Assembly: GCA_013239625.1 (NCBI GenBank)
Contig: MU054187.1
Location: 4,103,757 to 4,167,756 of the forward strand
Origin: Lama guanicoe
Lineage: Eukaryota
DNA: 64,000 nt
Direction of reading: 5' to 3'
Each line of letters opens with the position of its first letter. Within the stretch, counting starts at the first letter, position 1. The position numbers and the translations under genes were made by a program. Below are positions 10,561-22,980 of this stretch, piece by piece. A model generated the notes under the pieces. That model was given only the letters and a program-made list of their open reading frames with translations, was not told where the DNA came from and did not search any database.

Positions 10561-13323
10561 TTTATTTTTACAATGCTGTGTTCAATATCATAAAGGTTTG
10601 ATTAAACATGAATTGATGAATGAGCTCCTTGAATCTTCCCCCTGAATTCTGGAGTGCCTCTGATGAAGAGTGGAGTGTTGTGATGGGAGGAGGAGGCAAT
10701 CTGGAGTGCAGTGCTTTTGACATATGGCACTAGGAAGGCGGTGACTGTGGTTCAGATGGGTTTTTAATTAAACCTAACAGGGAAAACAAGAATGTTGGAT
10801 GGAATAAACAATCACTTATTAATGAGATTTGTTGTAGAAATATCATAAACCCCACTTCATGCTTGAATTGGATTCAAACATTAAGAAGTACATTTATAAT
10901 CAGACTTGATGACTGTTAAACCTCTCCACATAGAATAAAAGCGATTAGGAAAACCAATAAAATTTATCATTTATAGTCGGCAATATCAATGGATGTAACT
11001 GAGCTTAGAGAGAAGCTATTAAAAGGCCATAATTCTAACTACTGTTATGTGAACAGCGTCATCTTCTTTTCTTCTGTATCCCTGATTAATCTGGTATTGC
11101 ACAGAATATGGGGGCTACGTACCCAAGTCTAATATTACCCAATGTCACTCTCTTATGGAAGAATATTTCTTCTGGCTTTCTCTAACCTATGAAATTGTTA
11201 CAGCACAGACATTTAATGCCTATCACACACTCAGGACCAGTCTTCCATTTCCATTCTCCTTTGCAGTTGCGATGGTGTCATGAGCTGGTTCTGGCAAGTG
11301 GGATACAGGAAGAAGTGAGCTATGCCACCTCCTGGCCGTCAAATGTCTGAAAATCCCTGTGCCTTCCCCAGCTCCCACTCTCCCTTCCATGTTGATGGCA
11401 TTGGCCACCATTGAGAAGATATAGTCTCAGGTAAAATCAGCCTGAATCCCTGTGTCATTGCTGACAAAGCCTCTGCCCTAAAGAGCTACTAGACTCCCAG
11501 TGAACCGCAAATGATCAAAACTTTACGTGCTAACGCCCTGCCTGAGATGTCTGTAGGTTTTTTACTATAAATTCCTGGAGAACTATCCTCTGATTGCTAA
11601 TGTGAACATATTTCCCCAGAGCCCCTGATTATTTTATTGGTCAGTTTAGAAAACTCTTTCTGCAACTGAGGGAGTGGCATTAACACCGCCTGTTTTCTAA
11701 TACTGCATTGATCTAAACACTTCATCATTAAAGTGAACTGTCTTTAATTCCCCCAGCTGCTGGATGTAACACACTCAGAGGAGTGCAGTTCTCTTTCTAT
11801 GTGTTGTCACACTCTACTCGTACTTGTTATCCTGCAGAAGGTCCCTGGGCGTTACGCTGCATCATGGAAGTCTTCAGGTCTAACTGGTTAGACTGCTCTG
11901 CCCACTCCAGAGTTTGCTTGGGGATACTATGGGAATTCTCTTTTATCTTCTTTTTCATCCCTAGGGCTCAGAAGGATTTATAGACTGTGAAGTAGAATCA
12001 AGGGTTAGAATTACAGGGGACTCTGGATCCCTTACAGGGCTTCCATGATTTATGAGCTTAGGTCATATAAATCTCATGGTTGTGAACATCCCAGCCCCAT
12101 CCAGGTAACTTTCACCTTCTTCATCAGGATGTCTCCCTCCTCCTCTGCCTTGGGAGGTCTACACCCAAGACAAGTTGTGTTTGCCTCATGCTGGGTACCA
12201 CTGAGGGAGTGTTAGTGGAAGAAAGTGCCATGATATCACATTGCAAGGGAGCTCTAAAAAATGGGGCCATTTCTGAGCATACAGTCTGTCCCCATGAGCA
12301 TTTACCCAGCTGTGGAGAGGACACAGTGACCCAGGCATAGCTGGATGCACCATGGGCTATAAAGACCTGGCAGTGGGACCTGGGAAGCTCCCAGGGCAGT
12401 CCCACAATAGAAAGCTCGTATTCCCAATTTCACACCCACCACGTTGGTCAACACACTTCAGTTGAATAAGGACTATTTAACCAGGGCCATCTAAATTGCG
12501 TAAGTGTTAAAAGTTAAAAAAAAATTTAAAAATCTTGTCCTGGGTCAAATTCCCAGGCATCCAGAAGCTGGGGCTCCCATCTGTAATATGAGATTAATAA
12601 TGATGACCATAGAGGGTTGTTGACACATCAGATGAGATTCTGTAGTTAAACCTCTGGCGCAACTCTGCTGTAACACCTTCCTTTCCTCTCCCCTCTGCTG
12701 TCATCTTTTACTCCAGACTAAATTTAACTGGTCCTGTATTTTACATCCTCAGGGTTAGACATCTCACATACATGGCCTCATTTAATTCTCCCCAAGCCCC
12801 TTTCACTTGATATGACTCTGAAGGACAATTTTCAAAAAGGTTAAAATCATTACTCATAAAATGAACATGCTTCCAAAGTTGTATATAAATCGTTAAGAAC
12901 AGAATTGCTAAAAGGCAAAAACTAGTTCAAATTCAGATTTAACTTAGAGACCTATACCCTCAACCAGACAGAGTTGATTTGTACACCCCCAACCGAGAAT
13001 AATACGTGTGTCTGTAGACAACTTAGCCATTTTCTATAAATTGGCTTGTATGTGCCCCGAATCGTGAAGCAGCCTTGTCAGAGACATCAAAACCGTAGAC
13101 TTTATACTAAACATTGAATATTTATTTGTGTGAATGAATGAATCATTCCTAATTTGACTTTGGCTTATCTTGTGTTGTTCCCTATTGTTTTGGGTCAAGT
13201 TGTCCATGATAAACCCTTAGTTCCTTGAATCTAGAGATCAGGGACTTTAAACAGCCACCACACTAGCTAGAGGAATGCTGGGTGCGCAGTGGTCATTCAG
13301 TAAATACTTAGTGATTGGTTTAA

Positions 13324-13855
13324 TGTTCTCGAGGAATCGAGCACTCTCCTGCAGCGCACTGCGAGACTGTCTTCACCGCTCTCTTGTGTTTTGCACATCT
13401 TACGAGCGAAGTCATTGACAGTTTTTGCTCTAGATTTCGTTTTCAAGGCTGTGTGTGTCGCATGAACAGCCTTGGAAAACAGAAACAGTGACCCTACTGG
13501 AGCAGAGGGCAGGTTGGTTTGCTGTCCTGTGTCATAAAGATAATATCTCTCTCCAGGGCGAGAGTTAGGTAAGCTTGCTTGGGGCCCATTATTAAAGAAC
13601 GAAGGACTTTTAAGCTCAGGGTTTCTCAGCTGTGATGCAAACATACTGAGTTCTCAGCATCCGCAAGTGATGTTTACCTGGTCCCCTTGGGACCTGGACA
13701 CAAGAGGAACGTGAGCTGCTTGCTGTGCCCTGGAGAGCAAGCCCCTTTGTCTCTGACCCAGGAAGCTTGCGTCTTCCGGCAGCATCCACGACACGGTGGC
13801 CGGCTCGCTTGTCAGCTGACAAGTAAACACCTCAGACCCTTCACCGTTCCTGGCA
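13324..13855 (+). mobile_element. ERV solo LTR (probably ERVL class, MER54/MER74-like; family uncertain)
   Basis: gaacagccttggaa...ggagcagagggcagg...taagctcagggtttctcagctgtga...cctttgtctctgacccagga...ctcagacccttcaccgttcctggca, with TG...CA ends. Confidence 0.65.
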
Positions 13856-14399
13856 GAACGTTAGAAAGAAAAGCACAGCTGTTTCATTGCTGGGCCCCCG
13901 TACTGATCCGACTCCAGTTAGCGATACGGAGAACTAAATAAACCAGACACCCAGTTTTCGATGCTCAAGACACTGCATCCTGCATTTTAGTGTCTTGTGC
14001 TGCCTTTTAACAATATTACTGTGATGTGGTTCTGACCCGAAGAACAGAACCCAGTGAAACGATCAAATAATTTTGCTTTGAAATTTGCTCTTAAACCCTA
14101 AGGAGTAGGCCTGAGCACACATTCAGAATACTTTTATCTGGCTCCGCAGCCTGGTGAATTCATGTGGTTGTTCATTTGCCAGAGGGCAGAGTCCAGGGAA
14201 GGTGAGCTGTTTCAAAGAGAAAGCTCTCGTGTTGTACTTACTTACAGCGCAGCAGGACGCGTGGCCGGGGTGCTGAACGCCCCACGAGTCCTGCAGGGCG
14301 GTGCGGAGTTGGCGGAACCGGAGCGAACTGCAGGTGTTCTCAGCGAATGTCCTGAGACCCGTCCAGGGTGAGCGCTATTGGATTTGGCTCCAGAGTGCA

Positions 14400-14570
14400 G
14401 AACTTGGTCCAAAGGCCGTAAGCCCCAGAGAAGTCATTTTCAGCTCAGTCTAGGGAAGAGTCTCACACTGAAACGGGTTGTCTCAAGGGGTGGTGTTTCC
14501 CTCATCATGGGAAGGATGGAAATCGGGATGACATGACTTAATCAGACAGGTGGTTGAACCGGGTAAATAC
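14400..14570 (+). mobile_element. L3/CR1 3' fragment
   Basis: tgaaacgggttgtctcaaggggtggtgtttccctcatcatgggaagg resembles the L3 3' region but is highly diverged. Confidence 0.4.
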
Positions 14571-14888
14571 TCAGCTTTCCCAGGAGTTCAAGAGCGCTTC
14601 CTGCAAAATGAGGTTTATGTGGACTTAAGTTAATACTTGTGATATTTTCTGTCCACGTAATTAATACATTTTACCCTGTGCCTTGACAAACAGAAGGGGC
14701 TCTTTCTGTTTGAGTCTGCTTAATCCACAGACAGATGGTTCTGTTGACAATGACACGACTTGTCTCTGACACTGCTTCTACACATTGTAACCATGCAGTC
14801 ACTGTGTTTGCTATGACATCGAGACAGAAGTGGATGGTCTCATTGGACCGATCGTTCTCCAGCAACAGTAACAACCCTTAATTATAGA

Positions 14889-15400
14889 TGTCGACTGAAA
14901 TAAAATGCACAGCCTAAAAGCTGAAAGTTATGTTTTATTCGGCAGACTTTCTGAGGACTCAGCCCGGGATGACAGCCTCTCAGATCGCTCGCTCTGAAGG
15001 ACTGCTCCGAAGAGGTAGGGGAGGAGCCAGGATATACAGGAGTTTTTGCAATAAAAACCAGGTAGTCGGAATATCCAAATATTACTGTTAAAGAAAACCA
15101 GACACCTCAAGTTAAAGACTTTAGCACTTTTCTACGCATGGGAAGGTGCACAGGTCTGGGCTCACTGAGACCATCCCTTTGGGCGCACCTTAGCTGTCTG
15201 GGGCCAGTGTCCTGTTCTTTCTCACCCTGAGTCCCCTCGGGGGCACCACTGGAGGTGGCTGCAGAGGCCGCGCTGCCTGCTTGTCTGCACCCGAGTTCCC
15301 TCCGCTCACTGTCGGCGTGGGGACGGGTGGTACTGGTTGGTGACTTGATGGCCACAGCATCCTTTGTTTACTGATAAGACTTGCAATATTTCCATTCACA
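14889..15400 (-). mobile_element. Complete ERV1-class solo LTR (cetartiodactyl-type) with 4-bp TSD
   Basis: TG...CA termini and TSD TAGA at 14885-14888 and 15401-15404. AATAAA on the minus strand near 14934-14939. Homologous to 63431-63890. Confidence 0.88.
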
Positions 15401-15444
15401 TAGACAATGAGAGGTAGAATATTGGCCATTGTCTCCACTTTCCT

Positions 15445-15625
15445 TGTGGTGCTCCATTTAATTCTGACAATAATCCTATGAAGTCAGTACTATATGAGCC
15501 CATTTTACAGATAAGGAGACTGAGACAGAGCATCATATAATTTGCTTAAAGTCACACAACTTAAGTAGCAGAGGGGAATTGGGATCCTGGGCTGTCTGAG
15601 TTCTAAGCCAGTGCTCTTACCAAAG
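15445..15625 (-). mobile_element. MIR SINE
   Basis: cccattttacagataaggagactgagacagag...tttgcttaaagtcacacaact. Confidence 0.85.
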
Positions 15626-16367
15626 ACACATTTATGAAGCAGAATCCACTGTGGAGGGAAAAAAATATCTAGCAAGTTGTTAAGAAGGCATGACATGTGG
15701 TGATTTTTCCTAAGGTGTTAGGAGAAAAGAGTCACGTGCTTTTCCTTGGATATCAAAATAGCCCAAGTGCTATTTGTTCATTGCTGTAAATTGTGATGTT
15801 AATGCTTTACGTTTGCAGGTTATTTTAAAAGATGAAGTATTTCACAACACGGACAATATGTGAACTTTTTTTTTTCTTTTAAAGAAAACTTTGTTTTTTT
15901 GCTGACACTTTTTGAACTTGGCTGCTCAAGGGGAAGCAAACAAGTTTAAAAAGCTGAAGTCTTTGGTGTCCAGATGACAGCTAAAAACTTGTACACTTTA
16001 AGCCTGGGGAACATTTTTTTCATGCTTAAGGATTTCAGTCATCTGATACAACCGTGCTACAGTTGTGCAACATTTAGGGTTCTTCAAAGCTGGATGCGTT
16101 GCAGCTCTTTTCCAGACTGGATTTCAGGGGTGCCAGCGTTATCCTTTCAGGCTCAGCAATAGGATTGTTAATTCCTGGATGGTCATTCTTGTCACTGGTA
16201 GAAGATGAAGGTCTGTAAAAAGTGGATTAAAAAAGAAATAATGCTGCTACTTTTCCAATGTGAAAAAGTCGTTAAAGAAAGCTGGCTTGAAAAGGGGCAC
16301 AGTTTTCCATGAACTGAACAATATTTTCAAAACCGTTGAAAAACTATTAGGTCCAGATGGTTTCTAC

Positions 16368-16670
16368 TTGGGGTTGGCAAACTGGGGCCAGAGACAAAAT
16401 ATTTGCTGTTTGGTGGGGCTTGCACGGTCTTTGTTAACCTGATTTGACTCCCTCACTGTAGTGTGGGGACAGCCAGGCAAGGCTGAGAATGTTGTGTTGT
16501 GATGTAACCTCATTTATAAACAATGAAACTGAATTTTATGTAATTTTCAGGGTCACAAAATATTATTCTTCCCTTTGATTTTTCTTCAATCACTTAAACA
16601 TGTAAGACCAAGAATTCTTCCTGCGTAATGCAGGCAGAGGGCGGGGCTTTATTTCTTTGCTCAAGCCCTG
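16368..16670 (+). mobile_element. MER58B-like hAT-Charlie element
   Basis: ggggttggcaaact...tgaaactgaattttatgtaattttcagggtcacaaaatattattctt...ccctg. Confidence 0.7.
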
Positions 16671-16979
16671 GGTTCCCTCCTCATGGACCTAAATGCCCTG
16701 ACCTCCCGGTTCTTTCTTGTACATCCACCTGCCTACTTGTCATGTCCTGTAATAGGCATCTCTTCCAAAGGAGAACGCCCGCTTCTGCCCTGTCACCAGT
16801 TCTCGCCCCAGTCTTCTCCGCCTCGGCAAACACCATCTTTGCTCATAGTCGTGCAGATCAGAGACTTAGAATTCACCCTCTCCCTCACCCTCCACAGCTA
16901 ATCCAATAGCAAGTTCTGTCATCTCGGTTTTCAAAATACATTCCAACCCGTCTAGTTTCCCCCGCCTCCACTGCTACCT

Positions 16980-17510
16980 TTGACCTAAATAAAAGGGTAA
17001 AATAAGGCAGGCTCAAAATTGTCAAAAGCTGAACTTATTTGAAACTAGCAGAGAAATTACATCTAATAACTGTAGCAAGCCACAGGCGAGTCTGCTGAGG
17101 CTTTGGGTGTAGGCAGTATTTACCGGCAGGGAATGGAAAGAAGGGAGAGTTCAGTTAGAGTCTATTAACATCAAAAACAAACAGAGGCCAGCTTTGAAAA
17201 TTTCCCGAGAAGACAAAACCAGTCCAGTCATACACACAAGGCTCAATTCAGCTTATTTTGCAAGACCAGCCCTACGTGGGTCACTTCTTGTTCACGCCCC
17301 TGGAAACCAGAAGCAGAATTTCCCGAGGTTGATATGAGGCAATCCCTGATCAACTCCCTATCATTTAAGAAAATGTCCATATTATCAGTTTTCTACAAAT
17401 CAGGCATTTACAGGAAATCAGATCCCAGTCCTTAAGTTCTGTTTTCCTAAGAGCACTCGCATGAGATTTTCCATTTTATATCCTCCACTTCCATTGCACA
17501 TCGAAGTTCT
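16980..17510. mobile_element. LTR-like insertion within L2
   Basis: Interrupts collinear L2 sequence. Contains LTR-like motifs such as cagcttattttgcaagaccagcc. Family not identified. Confidence 0.45.
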
Positions 17511-18101
17511 TTCATGCTACCTCCCACCATCATTTTTAGCTTCGATTATGCACTGGCTTCTGAGCTGGTTCCCCGGCTTCTGCTCCTGCGTATCTTTAAT
17601 GCCATGTCCACGCGACTTTCCACTGAACTCAGAATGAAATCCAAAATGGTGCCCTGACCTGTGAGACCTGTGGGGCTTGGCCTCTGCCTGACTCTGCAAA
17701 CTTACATCCTGTATGTTTCCTGTTAACGAGTTTGTTCCAGATACCACGTTTCTTCCTTGTTGCTCACATGAGCCACACTTGTTCAGTCTGTTTTTCCCGA
17801 ATATTTTCTGTTTGCTTCGCCAGGGGTAACACGCTTCCAGCAGACCCTCTCCTCACTTGCTCCCCACTTATGTCTGTATGTCTAGAAGTCTGCAGTGGTC
17901 ACAGCAGCACCTCTCCCAGTCATTCCCACATCAGTTTCTGTATCCTTACTCTGCTGTATTTTTTCATGTCACATGTCTCTACCTGACATGACAGTAAATG
18001 TTTGTTTTTGTACATATATGATATGTACTTGTTTACTACAATGTATGCTCTGTAAGGGCAGACAGTTTTATAGCTGTATTTCTATCAACTAAAACAGTGC
18101 T

Positions 18102-18747
18102 AAAATGGGGAGGGGAGTGGGGGGATGAGAGAAATGGGTAAGGGGGACTAAGAGGTACAGTTACAAAATAAAGGAGTCATGGGTATCAAATGTACGGTGT
18201 GAGTAACAGACTCGGTAACTATGCGATATCTCTGGATGGGGACCAGATTATAACGAGACTTATCGTGGTGGTCACTGTAACATGTACACAACTATCAAAT
18301 CACCATGCTGTGCACCAGGAGCTAACACAGTGTTGTAGGCCAATTATACCTGAAAGCAAACAGACAAAGTACTAGAAAAAGATATCAGATTTGTTGTTGC
18401 CAGAGGCAGGGGATGGGGAAGAGGGTCAAATGGTGGTCAAAAGGTACAAACTTCCAGTTATTAAGATAAATAAGTACTACGGATATAATGTACAACATGA
18501 TAAAATTAATTATTAACACTGCTGTACATTATATACGAAAATTGTTAAGAGAGCAAATCTTAAGAGTTCTCATCACAAGGAAAAACAATTCTTTTCCTCT
18601 CATTTTGTATCTGTTTGAAAAGATGGATGTTCAGTAATCACTCCATGATGAACATAAGTCAAATCATTATGCTCTACTCCTTAAACACATACAGTGCTGT
18701 GTGTCAACTGTATCTCAATGAAACTGGGAGAAAAAATACATATAAAA
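18102..18747 (+). mobile_element. L1 3'UTR (L1MA9-like / laurasiatherian), 5'-truncated
   Basis: cagatttgttgttgccagaggcagggg...aaaaggtacaaacttccagtta...ttaagagttctcatcacaagg...aactgtatctcaatgaaactgg followed by an A-rich tail. Confidence 0.85.
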
Positions 18748-21663
18748 TAAGACGGTACTGACACATAGTATTTAGTTCTATATTTTTGTTGAATGAATGA
18801 ATGAATAAATGAGAATCACCAACTATTTCTTGTATACTTTACTCAATGGTTTTTCCTGATAAATACAGACTGAAATTAAATCAGGAAATATACAAATTTG
18901 AGTATAAAAAAGATCACATTACTTAAAAAAAAAAAACTCATACTAAATCCAACTCTTGAACTCCACCGTGACAGGAAGTTCAATCTTAGGGATGACTTAT
19001 GGGTCTCACGCCTCATTCCACAGGCATCTGGGGGATGCCCAGTAAATAGGGGTGAGGCTTTAGATTCATGCTTCTCCAGCCCTCTGGTCCTTTGAACGTT
19101 GGTGGCGCCACCCCCAGTGCTCAGCATGGGACCAGGGGCCATCATTGCCCCTCCCACCAGCTCAGATCCTTCACCTCTTGCAGCTGCGCGGAACGTGGCG
19201 CTTTGAGCTTCTCCAGAGACCTGTTTCTCTCATCTCTTGCCCCCAGTCACTTGTTCCTTCCTCCCCGTCAGGGAAACTACTTCTGGTTTTAGGCTGATTT
19301 GGTCTCTTCGATCTCAAAGCCCTTGAACGGTTCAAGTCTTTTTGAAAGCAAAATTCCTCGATCTATCCTGCACTCAAAGCCTGCACAATTCATTCTGTCC
19401 AGTGCTTCTACAGTGAGGAGAATAATCTATTAATTCACAAATTAATTTCTCCATCAATTTTCCTGTCACATGGACAACTGTGTACTCTACCCTAGGACAA
19501 ATATATAAAACAGCACAGTCCTGGGGCACTGAGATTCTACAATGACTGAGGCATGGGCAGCAGCATGAAAGATGACTCAGGGCCAAGAAAGAACAATGGC
19601 GCGACTGTTACCATTGTTACCAAATAAGAAAGCTGGGATTATTGTAACGGCTACTTTGCAAGTCTGTCTAACGCGTACAGCGCATCAACAGTTATTTAAT
19701 TCTGAAGTTTCATGTTCCTGTTACTATGATTCCTGCTAATATGAATGTAAGTCGTAAGAAGAGAAAGTCATCCTTTTCATAAAGTAAGAGGTTTTAATTA
19801 AATGATGATTGAACCCTTATACACAGCAGGTTTGTACTGGTGGCCGAGGATATTGAAATGAATGGAACGTGGTCCCTTGTCAAAAGGATCGCGGCTTAGG
19901 ACAATGTCCCTTTGATAGGAGGTGTGACGACTCACACATAACATTTTGCTCTTTGTGAAACACTTGGCACCACTTTCACCAACCAAATATCTATTCTTGC
20001 TCATCCTTGGCCTTCCAGGCAATTAGCAAAGAAATATTTATAAAATTCTATTCCAAGGAATTGGTAGCGAAAGAAGCAGCCATTGCCCATCACATCATTT
20101 CAGTCTGGGATCTTTAGAATGCGATTATAATTGAATTTTCACATTGCTAGAATCTAAATTTCCATCTAAAATAAAAATTAATACACAGGCAATAGATATT
20201 CTTTCTCCCAAAGCTTAGATTTTGCAACAGAAGTGGAAGGAAACTGTATCTTCCCATGAGGATACACTTAATCTGACAAAAAATATTAAACGATTTCCTA
20301 CATGGATTTCCCATGGAAGTTCTTATGCTGTGTGTCCTGCTAGGAGAAAAACATGACCAGTTGAATACATTTTTTGTTTTTATTTTTTGGAACCACAGCA
20401 GATTTGCTGGTAGGAGTGTTGTCTACCAGCTGACACAAGACAGATAAAGAGAGAGGTGCAAAGTCTGCAAGTTCTATCCAATTTCACAGAGCCTGCTAGC
20501 GGATCAGAGCAGAGCAGAAAACGGGGCTACATCTGGAACAGCTGGTGAAGGAAACCTCCTGACACTGATCCAGTTGAAACAGAAGTTGTTATTTGAAAGC
20601 TATTTTTAAATATGTTCTATTTACCTGGTGCAAGTATAGACAGATATTTTTAGATTTTTAAATATTTTCAGACTGACAATTTTTGTTCTGTTTGAAACAC
20701 AAAATACTTCTGAGGCCAATGCCTGAACTTGAAATAACTCAAATACTATTTTAATGGCATGTATTAGCTAAGGGATTTTTGTATGTGTGTGTGTGTGAAA
20801 ATGCTCCTAGCAAACTCACAAGTAAGCCAGAGCTCTGGTTCTGATTCTTCAGCTATGTTGTTACTAATTTCAAAAATGGAGACATACAATCTATAAGCAC
20901 CAGAAATATCATGTAAATGTTGACCTTTCTGTGAGAATTTAGAAAAGAAGAGCATCATGTTTTTAATCTTGCTCTTCTGTATCAGTAATTTTGGAAAAGT
21001 GCTGAGCACAGCGTTTGGCTGGATTTGGCGTAGGCAGTGCTGTGAGTAACAGGCGTGCGGGGTTAACTGACCACTGGGCTCAGAGTCTCTCCTGCAGAGG
21101 CTCAAGGCGTCTCAGGACTTGCTGCCGAGGGCGGGACCCTGATTCGGCTGAGCAGCTCTGCTCTCGTCTATTTTAAACATCGACATTCCACATACAATTT
21201 GGTGCCAAATTAAAAAAAAAAATAAACCACTCTTTTGACTGTGAAATACCTATGGCTTGGTGAAGTGAAACTGTGGATAGAACGCAGTGTGTGTGTGAGT
21301 CTGGAGCAGACAATTTGCTGAAACTGGACTGGTTCTCCTCTTAAGTGACAGTAAGTCTTGGGTCTCTTCTGGATCATCTGGTTGTTCAGTGAGGTTTCTG
21401 TATGTGGATTGGTTGGAACTCAAGCATCCCATCGCCCAGTGCAGTCCGTGGTCACGTTTCCCTTGTCACTCTCTGGGAGTCTCTCTACACACGTGAAATG
21501 TAGGCATCAGTCCACAACTCTAGGGGACAATGCAGATATTTGGAACTGTTTTTCTACAGAGTCCCCCTTCCTTTGGGACTCTGTGCAAATTCCTGTCACT
21601 TGAGCCTCCCTAATAGGTGATTGCCGTCTCCCCAGCTGGGAAGACCGCCATGCTCTTCTCGCT

Positions 21664-21753
21664 CAGGGCCAACCCTGCCTTGCAAGACCCTGCAAGTGAC
21701 TGCCTCCTTAAATGTCACCCTGCGCAGCTAATCCCCTCCCCAGTCCTGGCCTT
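21664..21753 (-). mobile_element. MER91-like hAT MITE
   Basis: cagggcc...gaccctgcaagtgactgcctccttaaat...caccct...gtcctggccttg. Confidence 0.55.
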
Positions 21754-22739
21754 GCTTCTGCTCAACTGCTCCCCATGAAGGGATCCGCCGTCTACAGGCA
21801 GACAGCACAGAGGACTGTGAGCCTGACTCTGTTTGTTTCTCTTCTGTAGGGGACCCTGTCCTGAGCGCCTGTCATTCAATGTTTGAAAGAGTGTTTTTTT
21901 TTCCTTCATACATTTCACCCGGATTTTAATTGTTTAAGGTTTGAGTGTGAAGCCAGTTCCTGTTCTTCCATTTTGGCCAGAGCGAAAATCCCCTAAACCC
22001 TCTTAAAAACCCAAGTGAATGGCTTGAAGATTTGGCAAATGATGTTTAAAAATCTATAAAAATGAGATACAAAAAAAATCAATAAAAAACCAACCAATTA
22101 TTAAAAAATATAAGTTGTTCAAACACATTCCCATTCAGTGATATATGACTTTCTTTCTTAAATCCTTAATATATTTAAAGTATATTTAGATTTTAGCAGA
22201 ATGAAACAGATTTCAGATGTATGCCCTTCAGAACTGTAAGAGAAAAAATATATTATTTGAAGTATATAATATATATGCTTCATAGTATCAAAGACATAGT
22301 TCTATGTACTTTATAGTGTTATTTAATGTAGATGTTAAAGTGACAACTATGTTGTTTCTTGTGATTCTAATACAAAACCCGTGAGATATGCAGGGTATCA
22401 GCAGACTCAGAAGACACATGTCTTAATTCCAAGTCATTATCAGACCAAACAGATGCAAATACATAAGTGGCTCTAACGTCCTTCTGGCTCCTGTAAGTTA
22501 CTACAGGTTGCAGAAGCTGCAAATAACAGTGAAGACCCGTTAGACAGAACGAGGAAGCTGGGAGTTTGCACTTAGATAATACTTAGGCATCCATAGTGTC
22601 TGGAGTTTGTCACTTTTCAAATATAAATATAAATGCAGGGCATGAAAGCAGACGGGGCTTTACAGGGAAAACCAAAGGCACCAGCTTGATTCAGCTTTTC
22701 CGACTTTCTAAGTCAGAAAAACATAACGAACATAAAAAT

Positions 22740-22980
22740 AATGATAGCTTTTAATGAGATACTTACTTTATGATCAGCCCGGTGCTAAGTGCCTATTATA
22801 GAATTTAATCTTCACATCAAGGCCTGTGGTGTGTACAATTATTAACCGCTTTTACAGATGCACAAACTAAAGCTTAGAGAGATTAGGAAACTCACTCAAG
22901 TTTATGTCGGTTAATGAGTGACTGAGCCTGCACGTGATCGGACTTGAAATTCTGACTTTAAAGCCCACACTGTTCACCGT
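22740..22980 (-). mobile_element. MIR SINE, near full length
   Basis: gtgctaagtgc...atttaatcttcaca...ttttacagatgcacaaactaaagcttagagagattagg. Confidence 0.8.

Larger units (their letters stand above)
16690..18810 (+). mobile_element. L2 LINE fossil split by nested LTR and L1 insertions
   Basis: L2-like blocks at ~16690-16980 and ~17520-18100, plus the terminal gacacatagta...ttgttgaatgaatgaatgaa at 18760-18810. Confidence 0.65.
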
